From contig JAHLTZ010000005.1 of NCBI GenBank assembly GCA_025786725.1, forward strand, positions 558,001 through 622,000: a stretch of DNA of 64,000 nucleotides, given 5' to 3'. Both the position numbers and the translations under genes were made by a program. Numbering within the stretch: position 1 is the first letter of the stretch; the number at the start of each line of letters is the position of its first letter. Positions 49,201 to 63,123 of this stretch are shown piece after piece. The notes under the pieces were generated by a model. It worked only from the letters and a program-made list of their open reading frames with translations, ran no database searches and was not told where the DNA came from. Source of the stretch: Syncephalis fuscata S228 (lineage: Eukaryota > Fungi > Zoopagomycota).

Positions 49201-49916
49201 TAACACACCACCTTAGTCTGCCAAAACTACAGGCGGTGTGGAATCGGGATGTCATGGTAAGCAAGGATATTTTTATATTATCGAATCAATCTGGGAGGCA
49301 AATGGCAGACCAGCTGAGTTTGCCAGACCATCTCAAACCAATACAATCACCGCCGAGGACGCGGGTTCAGTCTTCTTCCAGTAAGACTATTTAGATATCA
49401 AATGTAAGTTGTATTGAAATATTTAATATTATTACTAGTACAATGTTTTGTTACATTTAATCAATTTTATGGAAATAATAATGGGCAATAATATTACGTT
49501 AATATTTATCGTGAATGATCATTTAAGCATAAATTAATCAAATCAAGTCATTAAAATCTATTGCGCTGGAGTGGGTGGGGCGTAAAGTAAATGTCAGCCT
49601 AGTACTTTAATAATGATTTACGCAATAAATAAAATATACAGTTTTACTTTAAAAAAGATCAGTCGCAATTAGCTACATAAATTGCGTGTAAATAAGGCGG
49701 CAAACTAACAAACCGGTAAAAAAAAAGCGTACTCCAATAAATATGCATTTAAAGTAACACAGTATACGTACGCTTTCTGAAATTCTCATAATTTTTTTGT
49801 AGCAATTTTACTTCAAATAGTTAAAGCGTTATTTTTTTAAAGATATGAAACGTATGCTTTCTTATTACACTGCCGCTAGCTCTTTTTTGGAAGATATACT
49901 TTTTTATAGTTCACTG

Positions 49917-51668
49917 ATGCATACAAAGTATTTTATATTAGTTGGTGCCACTATATTAACCATCGTGGCTTCACATATAACGCTTATCCCCGCCGCTAAA
50001 TCCGATGCGGATCAAAGTGCCAGCGATGCTATGGCTGTAAAGAACTTTCAAGACTACATACGTATTCGTACCGAGCAGCCAAATCCAGACTACAAATCGG
50101 CCATGACATTTCTGAAACAACTGGCCGATGAAATCAATCTATCGTTCAAAACTGTGGAGCCAGTTGCAAATAAGCCGGTGGCCATTCTTACATGGACTGG
50201 CGCTGATGCTAGTTTACCAAGCATTATGCTTAATTCGCATACTGACGTTGTGCCGGTGTTTAAGGTATCCATCGACTGATAGTAACAATATACACAACCA
50301 ATTTGTACTAACTAGTAACTAGGACCAATGGACACACGATCCATTTGCCGCTGAACGTGTACGACAAGACAACGGCGACTACAAAATATTTGGGCGTGGC
50401 ACGCAAGACATGAAGGTAGTCGGCATTTCGTAAGTACATGTATAAAATCCAATTACCGCAACTAACCAGACATTTAGCTATATCGAAGCATTACGAAGAC
50501 TTAAACAAGATGGATGACAACCACGTCGCACACTACATCTTACATATGTGCCAGATGAAGAACTCGGAGGAGCCACAGGCATGGCCGTATTTTGCAAGAC
50601 GAAAGAGTTCAACGACTTAAACATTGGATTTTCTTTAGACGAAGGTAAGCATGATATTAATAATTGTGACGTTTAATGCTTATTGTCTAAAGGCCAAGCC
50701 AGTCCTAGTAGCAACTATATCTTGTACTATGATGAGCGTGTTGGATGGCCATTCACAGTTAAAGCAAGGGGAAGTACTGGTCATGGCAGTCAATTTATTC
50801 AAAACACGGCTTCACAAAAGCTGGTAGGTACAGTTATATTGATAATTCTTTGTATTTAAACATGCTTTAGATGAACGCTATTAATGATTTTCTTGTGTAT
50901 CGCCATGAACAAGAAGAGCTTTTAAAGACAGGAAGTCACAATGGCAAGCCACTCACTCTTGGAGATGTCACTACTATTAATCTTACTATGTTAAAGGCAA
51001 GTAGTTTTTATTTATATTTTTTACCATATTAACTATGCAACTAGGGAGGTGTTCAGTCCAATGTGGTGCCAGCCGAAATGGAAGCAGGTAGGTTGAATAA
51101 AGTGGCCATCAGCTAAACTCCATGTTTATTTACCTAATTAGTATTTGATTTCCGCATAACACCACATACTGACTTTGAAAAGCTTTCGCAATGGCTTGAT
51201 AGCGTTGCTGCCAAAAACAAGTAAGTAATTTAACTCAATATTCCTAGTTATTTACAATTTTCACCACCAGCGTAACACTTATATTTAAAGATGATATACG
51301 AGCGATATCTACAAAACCTCCTACTGGTACTGATCGTTGGCAACGAATAATAGAAAAAACATGCAAAGACTTGTAAGCTACTTGAAATTTAATAATATTT
51401 GATATTAACTTTAAATTTAGAAACATTACCGTTAATCCAGAGATATTCCCTGCGGCCACCGGTAAGAATGATACAGCAGCATAAATGCAATCTTATGTTG
51501 TTATTAGATGCACGTTTTTTACGAAAGCTCGGATTACCAGCATTTGGTATATCACCAATACGTAACACACCAATTCTACTGCATTCCGATGACGAATTTA
51601 TGTACGAAAGTGTTTATTTGGAAGGCATTGTGTTTTACAAGAATTTGATTAAAAACTTGGCAAATTAA
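49917..51668 (+). pseudogene. ACY1: Aminoacylase-1-like M20A peptidase, copy 2, with signal peptide; in-frame TGA at 50515-50517
   Basis: Same motifs as copy 1. Copy-1 TGG (W in QDGWQPRR) is TGA here; nine introns. The nonsense change is a substitution but could still be a base-call error. Confidence 0.65.
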
Positions 51669-52145
51669 TGGCCATTATAATCAAAGTAAGATTTGGAGTA
51701 TTTGTCACTGAATATTTAAATGTTATTAAATAAATCACTTTGATTTTAAAATGTCAATATTCTGCCTGTTAATAGTAATGAAGCAATGAGAATCAATTAA
51801 TCATCACTGTGTTGTACAACATTGATAATTACACTACAGCATAGCTAGTATTATCGATAATTATATTGGTGTTTGTTTACACTTTGTCGCTATGCTTAAG
51901 TAGTTAGAAAATTACTATACGATTCGTTTACAATAAATGATATACAACACGTAACAATACATAAGCTTTACTCATGTCTAATATCTATCTTATAATAATA
52001 ACAGTTTAACATGATTGTTTGTATTACTGAATATTGGTTCAATACAGATAATTAAGATATAGCTTATTACAGACTACGATGATGGCAACTAACTACATTA
52101 ATCTATAATAAATGTAAATCAATGTTTTTTATAATATCCACAACT

Positions 52146-53473
52146 TGGCTGCATAATTGGCCAATTCATGGTAACACTTGTACATGTTTCCAATGTTCTT
52201 AAAATACTGTGTTTCAATGCAAATAAGTTAATGTTTAAAAGTAAAAACTTTGTAATACTTAGGTTTGATCTTTATTGTAGTTTGATATAACAAAGTGGTA
52301 TCATGAATGGGGATCTTATACTGAAATGAAGGATTCTAACTTACTAAGTTTGAATAGAAACAAATACAGCACAGTTTACGTATATTAAAAATATATTTTG
52401 ATAATTAGTTTAAAGCCTCCACAATTAGTTGAATTAAAAGATCATATCATTGGATATTGCTGGTTTTTGTTGTTTGCTTTCATTCTCGTCGGCTATTCTT
52501 GATGCACTAATTTAACATGTACCAACTGTATTATACATACTTGTTATAAAGATTTATAACAAGCATTCCATGTCACACATCATATTTTCAAACAAGTTTT
52601 ACTACAGTATGGCATAGCTAAGTGCATAGCATAAATAAACTACACTGAAGTGGTTGATAAACTATGTCATGTGCCGTTCTATCATTGCTTCTTGTGATTA
52701 TGTGCCTATCTCTTGGATAGTCAGCATATTTGTTTTTCCGTTGTTTTAATACACCATTTAGTTATTATATTTGTATTGCAATACTACTATCATATACTAT
52801 CACTTTTACTAGTTAAATAGAGCGTCGTTTTCTGTAAGTATAAATGCATTACAGTTAGTTACATCTGGTGTAATTACAATACACTACTCATTTGAATAAC
52901 GGCATTAGTAGTTTATTATGTTATTATGTTATTGGCTATACTATTGTTATCAAACTGATACATACATATCGTGTACGATTTTACTTTTAGCTTTTAATTT
53001 CAATGTGTGCACACTGCTGTTTATTGATAAGTTAAATAAAACACGTTAATCATATAGTATGCTGTGTATTATTTAATACTATTATGCGGTTTGTTTTATC
53101 AGCAATTTATTGATAAACTAATGTGATCGGGAGTCAAAACAATATTTGATAATAGGCGTGCAATTAAACTAAACATTTGTTCTTTCAAAAATAAAGCTGA
53201 ATGGTGATTCTGTTAACAAATATGACTGCTAGTATGACGCAATAAACAAAATAATTCAAATCTGCAACACGTAAAGCTAGCACTAAACAAACAACAGCTC
53301 TGGATAAAACAATGTTCAATACGCTTGAAATAGTATAAAACATAACAAATGAAGAATAAAAAGTATACGGCTGCAGTAAGTAAAGTACGTTGAAGCCTAT
53401 AGAGAATAAACAGAATTAATATAAAATGGGAATGATATGAATGAGTAACGAATGTACGAGTACAGGACAATAA
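52146..53473. repeat. ~1.3-kb segment, inverted copy of 6019-7345
   Basis: See partner copy; begins with TTGGCTGCATAA, the last codons (LAA*) of aminoacylase copy 1. Confidence 0.93.
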
Positions 53474-54473
53474 ATCTACGATAATTAATATTTCGATCAT
53501 TGACGTCATTCAGCATTCATAATCATGTAAATAAACGAATGTGTAGTTCAATATATTAAATGTTGCCGAATGTTGCCATTTGACCTTCAAAGCACACCAA
53601 TTCTAGGCATATATATAGTAATATTGCTGTAATGCGTTTGATACAACTGAGTGGCGTGTTGCAACAATAGAATATGCATGTAAGCAATAAGTTGTGTGTA
53701 CTGGGATTTATGCTTATTGAATGTAAATTGCGTGTTTGGCTTCAAATTATTTTGTTTTATTTTCATATTTATGCTAAAAAAATGACTGTAAGCTAGATGT
53801 GCATAATCATTTACAATAAAAATAATAGCTCAGTAATAGTTTTGATGGTACAATACAGTTTATCAAGAAACACATCTGATATTCGAACGTGTTTTTATTG
53901 GACAGCAATGGAACTTCATGAGCAATAATATTAGGCAGCAATGTTACATCAGAAATATTTCCAGTAAATGGCAAGCTCATGTACCTCGCAGTTAGTATCG
54001 ATGTATACACGTGAATCAATGACGTTTATAGAGCGTTCATTTCTTAAAAAGCAAGACCGGTTTTTAATCATGCTATTAACTGATATATATTGCACGTGGT
54101 GTCGGAATCGACATATTTTTTTTATTAAATAGTCTGTTGTCCGCGGAATTTATATCGTGCTTCAAGCAACTGTCCAATAAACATTAGGTGTTGATTTAAT
54201 CTTTCTACCAATGGAGATGGCCAAATATGCAATTCAAAGTTATTGGTTGTTACATCCATGACCATAAGGTACTTTTCAGTTGCAGGTAAAAAAAACACGT
54301 TGATCATCACCACGAGATCAAGTGCTTTTACCGGTTTTGCTCACCCAACCAGGTGCTAAAGCGGAACTATAAAAAGTTTTCTAGAAGCCGATGGCGTAGC
54401 CATAAGAATTAGTTCTGTCTCATGCCTCATAATATTATCTTACAAGTAAATACTTTGTATACCATTCTTCTGA

Positions 54474-55403
54474 ATGCATATCCGGGCTACTGTCCTTTTC
54501 GTGGCATTAATAGTGGCTGATGCGACTTTAGGACATGTAGACGGAGCTCAAATATCGGACGACACCAATAGTAATAATAATAATAATAATGGCGAAGGTT
54601 CCGGCGTAGGCAATCTGCATCGGCCTACTTTTGATTTTCAAAATAACCGATTGGCATCATTCGGCCGCAACAGCTTTATTGGCGTTACAGCCAGCAAACT
54701 TGAGGAGAAAAATAACCAGCTTCTTGATCGTCATTTTGCTAGGCACGACAGACTGGATAAAATTGTTAACGCGCAAACCTGGCCATTTGAACGCGTAGCT
54801 GAAGCAAATGCAGCGGTAGCAAGCCAATTAGCCAGTAACAATAATGAATTACCCACTCCAGTCGATAGACCCACATTAAGAAAACAAAGAACCAGCACTT
54901 TTTTCGGCGATTTTGGAAGTCCACGGCTACGCGCAGGCCTTACTAATATTTTTAAAAAACTATCCCCCAACACCGATGGTGTATCATCAGAGCCTGTCAA
55001 TACCCAGCTTCAGTTTGCGCCATGTAAAAGAAGCCGTTTTAAAACCGGACAAATCAACTCTATTATGGTAAACCAGCATCCTATCGTTCCAGGCACCAAG
55101 CTGGCGATCGTCATTGGTGGACAATTCAAGACTCCTATTCTTCCTGGGTCCGTTATACACTTGACAGGCCGTTTTGATTTTCTAAAATACGAGCTTGCAG
55201 TGGATATATGCGAAGAAGAAAAGAAGCATGGCTTTAGTTGTCCGCTCTATCCAGGATATCAAGATTTACACATATCATTGCCAGTGCCTGAAGATCTACC
55301 CGATAACATGGTAATAAATGCCTCTATTAAGGGAGTGGACTCTGATGGATTCACGATATTTTGCGTTGATGCAGATGAAATAGTTTTTGATTCTAATCAC
55401 TAG
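54474..55403 (+). CDS. Secreted ML (MD-2-related lipid-recognition, NPC2-like) domain protein with long N-terminal extension
   Basis: Signal peptide MHIRATVLFVALIVADA; C-terminal FAPC...PIVPG...DICE....SCPLYPG...LPVP...IFCV with four ML-type cysteines. Confidence 0.78.
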   Translation: MHIRATVLFVALIVADATLGHVDGAQISDDTNSNNNNNNGEGSGVGNLHRPTFDFQNNRLASFGRNSFIGVTASKLEEKNNQLLDRHFARHDRLDKIVNAQTWPFERVAEANAAVASQLASNNNELPTPVDRPTLRKQRTSTFFGDFGSPRLRAGLTNIFKKLSPNTDGVSSEPVNTQLQFAPCKRSRFKTGQINSIMVNQHPIVPGTKLAIVIGGQFKTPILPGSVIHLTGRFDFLKYELAVDICEEEKKHGFSCPLYPGYQDLHISLPVPEDLPDNMVINASIKGVDSDGFTIFCVDADEIVFDSNH

Positions 55404-55546
55404 CTGTTTTAATTTTTACTAATGTTAACCAACAGTGTATTACCACTCAAACTGCGCTTTAATTAATTAAATTGTTGACCAATTCATACTGAATGTAAAT
55501 TTGGTGCACTGATATAACGTTTGTTTATTTATTAAAGTATCATGCA

Positions 55547-57900
55547 TCAACCATGATTTTTTAGTAGCAATTTATTATTTGCCTGCGCTTGTTTGGCCAT
55601 TTGCTTTATAACAATTTGAGTAGCACCCTTTAAACCCAGGTAAGGAACGTGCATGGCACTGGAAGAAACTTGGCCCTTGGAATATCCTGGATCGATGGCA
55701 ATAAAACCTGAATATACCCAATTCTCGGCTAATGGTAATGAGGAAGGTTCGGTAATTTCAATCTCAACAACACGGCTGTTTCCAGCTTCAACATGAATCA
55801 AGTTTGGTTTAAACACAACCTTGGCAGATGCGCTACTATGCTGTGGTACAAATACTGACTTGCCATTAAAATTGATGCCGCGAACCGAAGGTGTTGATCT
55901 ATGTACTAATGTGTATGACTGTGCTTTTTCCAAATTATTAGTAATTGTAATTTTTGCCGAGTAATAACGCCGGATGGCGTGATGGTCTTTTTTCTTCTAA
56001 AAGCTTCGGTGGATAATTCAAGTGCACCGGGTAATACCTGTGTGGCATTTGCAATAAGTGTCCAAGCATTTAATAAACCGGCACCTTGATGAGCAACCGA
56101 GTCCAGTACTTTGCCATCGAATGAAGTCAATGGGACGCTAGAACTTCTTAATGCGGCCTTTAAGCCATTAATTGGCATTCGACTTTTGTTTTCCAAGCGA
56201 TTTACGCCAAGTTTTTCAAATAAAAGAGCAATTATACCTGCAGCGTAAGGTGAAGACATAGATGTACCCGACATAAGCATGTAATTTTCTTTCTTGCTGC
56301 TCAGTGTTGTGGTGAAAAGATTTCTTCCAGGAGCCAGTATGTCTGGATTCAACTGTACTTTTAATGTGGGTCCCCATGATGAAATAGTTCTGTTATCAAT
56401 ATGCTCCGGCAACTCTATTGAAATGGTTTTATCCAGAAAATCCCAATCGATATTTGGATTCTGTTGAACATGCGGTGTTATCATATTGCTGATTTCGGAA
56501 ATAATTGCATAGAATGGTATATCACACATAATTGTCTGCTCAATGTCAAACGATAATGGTGCCATGACACCAATAGCCTATTTAATTTAGCTTCACGAAT
56601 TAGATCGCTGGCAGAGCAATGGAACTCGTTCACTAAAGCTACATGACCAGCAACATTGTCTTTGAATTTACATTGTTTGTTTTCTGGAGTTCCATCCAGT
56701 GCGGAAAACGAATACCCACTGTTTGTACGGGAGGCTGGCTATTTGCACAAATAGTGCTATATGGAAACAAGTTGTTAGTAAACTCTGGCCGAAAGACACG
56801 TGCTATAATAGATGGCACATTTGCTGCTCCAACGATATAACAGATGGTAGTCCAGAAGGAAAATAATTTTTCCACATAGAGTCTTCTACACGATTACCAA
56901 CGCTTGCAAGCACTGCAATGTTTAGGCTGGCGGCAGTTTCAAATGCTTTTAAAACATCTTCAGTGACATAATTTGCTGAAATGATCATAGACACGTTGAT
57001 TATGTCCATATGATGGGCTATTGCCTGGTTAATAGCTTTGCCTAAAGCAGGTACACTTATCTTCCATTACATCCAGCAATACGATAAGCGCCAAGAATGG
57101 CGTCCGGCGCCACGCCAACAAATGTATCTGTTTTTGCTGCAATAATTCCAGCAACGGCTGTACCATGTCCGTGATAATCATTCGGATATGGGCCCTCTAC
57201 AGGTTTATTTTTGCCATTGAACTTATCACCAACAAAATCATGACCAAAAGCAATTTTAGAGCGCACTCCAGAGCTATCTCTAAATGCAGGATGATCATAA
57301 TCTATACCGGTGTCGACAATGCCTATCTTGATACCTTTACCAGTTAGCTTAAGCTTTTCGTGAACGTCATTTACTCTAGTAGCAAATTTCACCACTGGAG
57401 GTGGATGACGTTCCGAAGATCCCTTAAGAGATACCAGTGGTCCTTGTGGACTTGTAAAATAGGTTAGATCATCACTTAATAGGCGTCGTTTCAGCTGGAC
57501 ATGTCGACTATTTGATTTAATATTGATTTCAGCAGGACTGTTTGATACAGTGTATTCTGAAGCCAGCCAGGAATTGGAGTCGGCAAATTGTTATCGTTAT
57601 TTGACCTAGCTAGTGCAGACTGCACGTATAAAGTCAACGTCGCTCCAACAACGATTGGGTAAAACATTGTACGCTCAAATGATAATGCTTGATGATGGTG
57701 TTGTAAGATTGAAAATGCTTATATCTATGTTGTATAGCAAAATTGGAGAGAAAAAGAGAAATGCTATGCTGTGGGACTTCAAATAAATTAAGCCGTTTTA
57801 CGTGCTTTAAGAATGTTATCATTAGGACATCAGTGATTTTAAATTGGGCGTTTTGAAACATGCTGAGCGGACTTTTGGTCAAAACAATCCTGTTTGGAAA
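55547..57900 (-). CDS. Subtilisin-like S8 serine protease (several frame breaks; 5' end uncertain; possible pseudogene)
   Basis: Catalytic triad motifs IGIVDTG, HGTAVAG and GTSMS; SSWGP..PDILAPG; QGAGL; C-terminal Fn3-like YSGFI..VPYLG. Confidence 0.82.
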
Positions 57901-60617
57901 TACTCGAAATGAAAATCAGCATGGAGCTTCGATTTACTTGTAAATACGATGAATGTGTTAAAAATAAAATGTCTTTATACCGATATAAACATAAGAACAA
58001 AAAACAAGAAACAACAACTTTAAGTAGAAAGCTATTGTACTATTAAATACATATGATATAATAAAAGAGTATAAATACTTATTAAATGTCAGTTTAGTAT
58101 AGCTAATAGTAAATTTAGTAGTATATTCATTAGTAATTCTTTTTAGCTGTTTATTGGTCGAAGCAATGCAAGCTAAGTAAAAAATAGAGCACTTTACTTT
58201 GAATTGATTTTACTTGTCACACAACTTTCACTTTGGTGTTAAATTCTAAACCGTTACACAGTTTAAATTCACATTTGATTGTTTTAACAAAATAAACCAT
58301 ACTAATCACGACTGTAAAATTAGTGATACATCTATGCTTTAAGCGCGTCACCATGACTTTTGTTTATCGGCTGACCAGAGCATACGGATTGCATTAGAAA
58401 TAGCGACCATTTCGTCATATTTGCAACGAACGGCAACACTGAGTATGAATGCAAGCAATTTTATCAGTATTTTTACGAATTTGCTATTTTCACTAATTTT
58501 TCTCCTTTAGTAACCCTGATATATTTTAATTCAATACTTCTTTCCCATAGCCAAAAAACTTGGCATCAGGTAAGTATGGCACTCAATAAAGCAGCTCATT
58601 GTATACTATATAGGCTACATGATAATTATGGCTCATTAACTTGCATTGAGTAGGCATGTTATTAACATTGTCAATGAATCCTGTTTTTTTATAAACAAGC
58701 TATAGCTTTAATTTTATGATAACAAAAAGAAAGCATTTGATTTTGCAGCCAACACTAATTCCTGTTGAATTTAATCGTATGTAGAAGTTTGCTCATTTTA
58801 CTTTAGTTAAAGCTATAAGCTGCTTATCGAAAGCGATATTGGCAAGAAATATATAGTCATACCTGTATTCTATTATTTGACATTGTAGCGTATAAACTAT
58901 AATGCAGGTATTTGTTAATTGTAAAAACCAGATCAATAAACAGTTTGCTTTACTGAAATGATAAATTCAGCGATAAACGCTTTGACAAGTTGCGCAGTTT
59001 ATTTGCTTATCAAATAGTTACAAACTCACTTACATCAGCATCATATTGATTATAATACTTATGTATTTTGAAATTATTATTATTTTGATAAATGGTATAT
59101 ACCGACGAGATGGTCATCACCGGAGCATGGTCCGCCAAAGCAGATCTTTCCGGCGAGGTTTTACGTTCGTCGACCGTGCTCAATGAACACATTGGTCTTG
59201 AGTCTTGCGTTTGGTCCTACATCCACGGAGAAACTGACATAGGAAATTCCGAATCGCAGCTCGTATTATATTGAGACAAAGAGCAAATATGCAATTGGCC
59301 GTTGTACATTCGAAGACACAGAACAGCCAGCAGAATTCTAAAGTGTGGGATTGCTCAATGGCAATTCTAGTTTTCCTCCAATTAGTCATATTGAATTCTG
59401 TAAACTACCATCCACTGTGCAAATACATTAAAAAATAAATACATGGGCGCCACCCCAGTTGCTTCAATAAAAGTGCCATTACTCGTGCTATAGCAACTAT
59501 TTCTTTTTGCTTTATTTCTTTTCTTTACTATGTCACCTCCACCACTTTTTATACCTTCTCGCTATTGCCCTACTGTTCTATTAGACGCTGCGTATTTCTC
59601 GTTAAGCCATGTTTGAAATCCGTGTATGTATAAATATTGGTTTTGTTTTCATGACAATTGTATGAAAACGGCATGAAGAGACATATCTCTGGTAGTCAGT
59701 AGATAGCCAGCGTCGACAAGTGCGCGTTGGTCCGGAGCCCTACGTATACCGTTCCTAGTGAATCTACTACGTTATGTGTGTTCCGGGTGGTGTTACTGCA
59801 GTAAGGCGGCGGCTTTAAAGTCGTTATTATTTTCTGAACGTTATTATACTGCACTTTTTGCAACGAATTCCTTGACTTTTGTAGCTTATACTTTTCTCAT
59901 TTGTAGAGTACAATACAAGTTTTACTGGCATATGTATACTGGTAAGTAATGGGTACAGCTAGTTGGATATTGCTACAATGCTTTTGATAAGCAAGAGAAA
60001 AGATGATTTTTTTCCTATTGGCTAGGCATACAAACTTCCTCCACTTTATGTGAGATGGGCCAATGCTGTCAATTAATCTCTAAGAAGTTCTGATCTCATT
60101 AAACTTGCATGCATTATGGTGTAGCATTATGTTTCATCTTTACTAACATATACGCCATTATGGCATTATTTGTATTAATTACAGCTCTTCTGCGTGGTGT
60201 ATCGATCCTTGTGTTAGATCTATTCTACAATACCTTTTGGCATAGGCTGATTCTACTAAGTATATTTTGGTAAATGATTTGGCGCGTTCAAATGGTTTAA
60301 ATAATGATGATGATGATGATGTCATTGTTTATTTTTATATTCAATTGCTGAACAAATACACTTAATAAAATATATTTAAAGAATTATCATATTACCTATA
60401 AATGCAAGTACAATGACAGTTGTTTATCATGTAGCTAATGCTATTGAAGATGAACACAGCATCTTAAAATTATTAGCATACTGATTTGAATTGCTAAAAG
60501 TTATAATAAACTCGTTTCCGAGTTGAGAATACAACTATCAGGCATAAATAAAACCGCACTTTTTTTGGATCTAATCATGCTGTAGTGATACACATTAGCC
60601 TTTTCTTGTTTGCCATC

Positions 60618-61591
60618 ATGTCACTGTTTACTTTAGTCATCTCAGAACAAGATGTCTATGAGCTTTTTATGAAAATAGCTATAACATTTGCACCTTTAGG
60701 ATTTGGGGCTACAACGCTGCTTGGCGGCTGGTATGGTAGGTGCCGATATTATAATGAAGACAACAATATTTATTGGTTTTATTATAGGTCGTCTAGCACC
60801 TAGTTGGTTGCATAATATCGCACTACCTGGTCGAATTGGATGGTTTATTGCCGAGATTATCTCTCCACTTGCTTTACTTTACGGTGCAGCTGGCCATTTT
60901 CATTTATACGCTGCTCTACATCCTATCTTTTATATGATAACTCCCTCAGCATCCGATAGTGGCAACTACCATAGTGATAACTACTCTCACTGGCTACCAA
61001 TGCTCTTAATTTATCTTTGGCTACTTCACTATTTAAATCGTGCTATTATCCTGCCTCTTAAATCGCCACACATGTCACCAATACCTATTTATACGGCATT
61101 AGCAATGATGAGCTTTAATGTGACCAACGGATGGCTTAACGGATACTGGATTGGGAAATTTGGCCCCGAGATGGCTCGACAGCTTATTCGAGCAGATAAT
61201 GTATTAGGCTGGCTAAAGTGCATACTAGGCTTGAATCTATTTATAATGGGCTGGTCACTTAACATTTACAGCGATTATCAATTACTGGCATTGAAACGAT
61301 CGTCTACAAGAAACAACATCTAATGACGCCAAAGCATCTGTGGATCGACGCAGCAAATACTCCATACCGTATGGTGGCATGTTTGAGCTAATCAGCTGTC
61401 CACACTACTTTGGAGAGATTGTGGAATGGACAGGCTGGGCTTTAATGGCTGGTAGTTGGCCTGGTTATCTATTTGTTGTAAATACAGCAGCCAATCTTAT
61501 TCCTCGGTCGCTGATCGTGCACGCATGGTATCAGAAAACATTTTCTAATTATCCACCTGAACGACGAGCAATTATACCGTTTCTCCTATAA
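60618..61591 (+). CDS. 3-oxo-5-alpha-steroid 4-dehydrogenase (steroid 5-alpha-reductase/DET2-like)
   Basis: YGR, GWFIAE, HYLNRA, FNVTNG, NIYSD..L..L, YSIPYGGMFELISCPHYFGEIVEW, NLIPR, RAIIPF; one intron and an apparent 1-nt frameshift near 61310. Confidence 0.9.
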
Positions 61592-61767
61592 CACAGACCA
61601 GCGACTGTGCGCAGTGTAGATGATTATTGTAAATAAATCGTAGTTATTGATATCATTGTGACTACAGCCCTTTCACAGTAACGGGAAAAGGGGAAGCGGA
61701 GTCTAACGCTTTATTGGTAGACAGCTGTGAACGTGCTCTGCTTTGCACCTTCTTCTGTAAGCCAACC

Positions 61768-63123
61768 ATGAATATTACCAACGCTTCCACTTCTCTACCT
61801 ACTAAACTACACCGACGTCTATTGAAAAGACGTTCGACAATGCCGTCCACTCAAACACCTGCATCCTCGCCGCATGCGCCTGGCCAGCGAGTCATTTCTT
61901 TATTGGCTCCGTCTCCGTCTGCCGGCATTCATAAAAGATCTGCCGATTCACGGACGCGACGACTAACTTTTCAGCCTTAACTATCAACGACGATAGTAGC
62001 AGTGGCAGCAGTAGTAGAAGGAGCAGGGCTGGCGCAAAAAAGGATTTGCAAGCACGATTAACTAGAGGCTTGCTAGCGTCTTGTTTAAGCATTGGTGAGG
62101 AAGCCTTGTTAAGTGCCGTACAGCAAGGTGATGCTTTACGAGGTAAGCTTGCACTGCAATCAACGCTATGGAATATAGTATTAATCAAATATTACCAATA
62201 GCTATTGGATTATTAAAAGAGGGCGTGGCAGCAACGTGCCACGACAGTCATGGGCGTACGCCATTACACTGGGCCGCATCGGGAGGACATGTAGAACTAA
62301 TGAAATCACTTGTAGAACATGGTGCCCAAGTTAACGCTCGAGATACAAATGGCAACAGTGCGTTGCATCTGGGTAAGTCATTATTATTATTATTATTACG
62401 CAATGACATAGAATAACTCTAACCAATGCACAATAGCGGTTGTATCGAATCATGTTGAATGTGTACTTTTATTATTACATGCAGGTTAGTATTTTAATGT
62501 CTAACTGATAGTTGTTTGTTAATTAGTTAAAATAAATATTATAGGTGCATTAGCAACAGCAGCAGATGGATCATCACCATCACCGTTGGATATGGCACGT
62601 TCTCGTCTGGCTTTATTACGACGATTACGTCATATGCGACACAAAGCAATTGCGCTGCCCAAGGATGAGTATGATGATAATGACGATGGAGATAATGATA
62701 CTACCGTCAATTTATCTGAACATAGTGCTGACGCTATGGAGCAGTTGACACAACGACGCAATACAATAATGCAAATGGAACAGGCAAGTATATTTTTGTG
62801 TAGTGTGTATTTTAACTTATTATTATTATTACATTGTATAGATTATTAATTTGTTAAGACATTATGTTTGTTTACGACGTCCAACCATTGGACATCGTAA
62901 TGATCCTGGTGCTACTGCCGAATTAACTGTCTCCTCCTTAGATGCTATTACTGAACGGTTGCGAGCTATGGCAGTACAAGATACTGTCGAAGAGGTTAAG
63001 CCGCACTGGCCCGTCGACAGATGCTAGTACAATTACTCCAAATCGATCTTCAAACAATGAAGAAGTCGAAACAGAACTACTTATGAACGATTTGCAAACA
63101 TGTTAAATCGATTCGCATTGTAA
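61768..63123 (+). CDS. Ankyrin-repeat protein (multi-exon, boundaries approximate)
   Basis: GRTPLHWAASGGHVELMKSLVEHGAQVNARDTNGNSALHL followed by NHVECVLLLLHAG. Confidence 0.75.

Noticed and set aside
50515-50517. In-frame TGA in aminoacylase copy 2 as recoding (Trp or selenocysteine)
   Set aside because: TGA is used as a normal stop elsewhere in the window (e.g. 5869-5871, 27856-27858) and the position is a non-catalytic Trp; a nonsense mutation or base-call error is simpler.
59092-59830. Short ORFs and a GC-richer island (possible pseudogene or ncRNA)
   Set aside because: No tRNA cloverleaf, snRNA motif or protein signature that I can recognise.
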